Shown here piece by piece: positions 63,132 to 64,000 of a stretch of DNA of 64,000 nucleotides. The stretch spans positions 6,045 through 70,044 of IMG/VR virus record IMGVR_UViG_3300010361_000011; one strand, 5' to 3'. The first letter of the stretch is position 1. Each line of letters opens with the position of its first letter. The position numbers were made by a program, and so were the translations under genes. Source of the stretch: a virus (Duplodnaviria; Caudoviricetes). The notes beneath the pieces were generated by a model. That model was not told the DNA's origin. It did no database searches and saw nothing but the letters and a program-made list of their open reading frames with translations.

Positions 63132-63455
63132 TTAGTCCATCCTGCTTACTTCGAAGCGCTTGTCGCGCTGGAGGATCAGCACCCAAGCGTGCTCGTAAAG
63201 GATGATCGTCTCTTCCCGTAATCTCGTCAGCGCGAGCGGATGCAGCGCCGGATCACCGGGATATTTGAGCGTAAGATCGCGCCGCAGCTGGAAGCCCTCC
63301 ATCGGTCGCCAGCCGCCGCCGTACTGATACTTGCTATCAAGCTGCTTGCGTGCAGGCGCAGGGTCATCGGTGTCGAGCATGCCGGGGATGAGCCCGAGAT
63401 GCTCGGCTGTGATGTCGGGATGCAGCGCGATCCAATCGGGCATCATGACGGTCAC
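63132..63455 (-). CDS. small early-type protein (YPGDP family)
   Basis: GGGWRPMEGF...KYPGDP...EVSRMD. Confidence 0.7.
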   Translation of the reverse strand: MTVMMPDWIALHPDITAEHLGLIPGMLDTDDPAPARKQLDSKYQYGGGWRPMEGFQLRRDLTLKYPGDPALHPLALTRLREETIILYEHAWVLILQRDKRFEVSRMD

Positions 63456-63964
63456 CTGATTCGCGTGAGATGGACTCGAGCGGCCTCGACATGCTCCGGG
63501 AAATCACCGTCAGCATTGTCGATGTACTGCTGCAAAGCCTGCTGCATCATCTCGCGATGGACCTGGGCACGATGACGCTCGCGATCAGCCTCCCAGGCGC
63601 GATCATCGTTCTCGGCCTGAGTGATCAGCTGAAAACGCTCGATCTCTGCCAATGTTGCGATGGTGTTATGCTCGAGCGCCCAGGTCACAGCTGCATCGAA
63701 CTCGTCGCGATTGATGCCATGGGTGCGGCGGTATCCATCGTACTTTTTGTCCTTTCTGCTGATCCAGGTTTTCTCATCGGCGCGACCCGTGAGATCAAAA
63801 CCTGCGTGATTCCAGCGTGCTCTATTGTCGAACGTGGCGCGCCACTCGCCATCGATCAGCACCTTGTAGTGATAGGCGCTGCGATTCTTCCTGCTGTGAA
63901 AGCTGTGCGCGCTGAACGGTACAGGCTCGTAGGTGATGGTGGGCATGTCAGCGACCCTCCGCAT
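63452..63964 (-). CDS. hypothetical protein
   Basis: ORF track; likely start MPTITY near 63946. Confidence 0.6.
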   Translation of the reverse strand: MRRVADMPTITYEPVPFSAHSFHSRKNRSAYHYKVLIDGEWRATFDNRARWNHAGFDLTGRADEKTWISRKDKKYDGYRRTHGINRDEFDAAVTWALEHNTIATLAEIERFQLITQAENDDRAWEADRERHRAQVHREMMQQALQQYIDNADGDFPEHVEAARVHLTRIR

Positions 63965-64000
63965 CGGCGATGGCAGCGCAAACTGTCTCGCGCAATTTCC

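Noticed and set aside
1-64000. CRISPR array, tRNA or rRNA
   Set aside because: I saw no regularly spaced 25-45 bp repeats with unique spacers and no cloverleaf with T-loop/D-loop consensus in the intergenic gaps. A tRNAscan run would be needed to fully exclude tRNAs.

Overview
GC-rich tailed-phage DNA with short-tail (podovirus-type) gene organisation. The host is probably a soil alphaproteobacterium (Hyphomicrobiales-like); this is inferred from gene families and the VPGP-type sorting signal. The window starts inside a probable terminase small subunit and does not close on itself, so the genome is incomplete. Layout: (1) 1-4980, a putative packaging-site region plus small accessory genes, including a TIGR02466-type 2OG-Fe(II) oxygenase, an RHH regulator and an Acb2/Tad1-like protein; (2) 4986-45015 on +, terminase large subunit, portal, GroES-like protein, scaffold, decoration and major capsid proteins, adaptors, tail fibres, tail nozzle, a free-standing LAGLIDADG gene, HiPIP-like and PRTase-like genes, a GNAT and three very large low-complexity internal/ejection proteins (2085, 1306 and 1698 aa); (3) 45359-48121, membrane proteins and an amidase endolysin; (4) 48118-54011 on -, an exosortase-type surface protein, ERF recombinase, an RNAP alpha-CTD/HTH fusion and an HNH protein; (5) 54051-59103, RHH, RusA, adenine MTase, PD-(D/E)xK-like protein, SF2 helicase and Cro; (6) 59159-63964, mostly minus-strand small early-type genes. 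I saw no integrase, CI-type repressor, DNA polymerase, primase, tRNA or CRISPR array. The most unusual signal is a di-glycine motif (x-x-G-G-x-V/I), repeated about 30 times by eye across seven probable internal virion proteins and often at domain boundaries. It suggests a shared processing or packaging signal. All family assignments come from motif recognition by eye, not from database searches.
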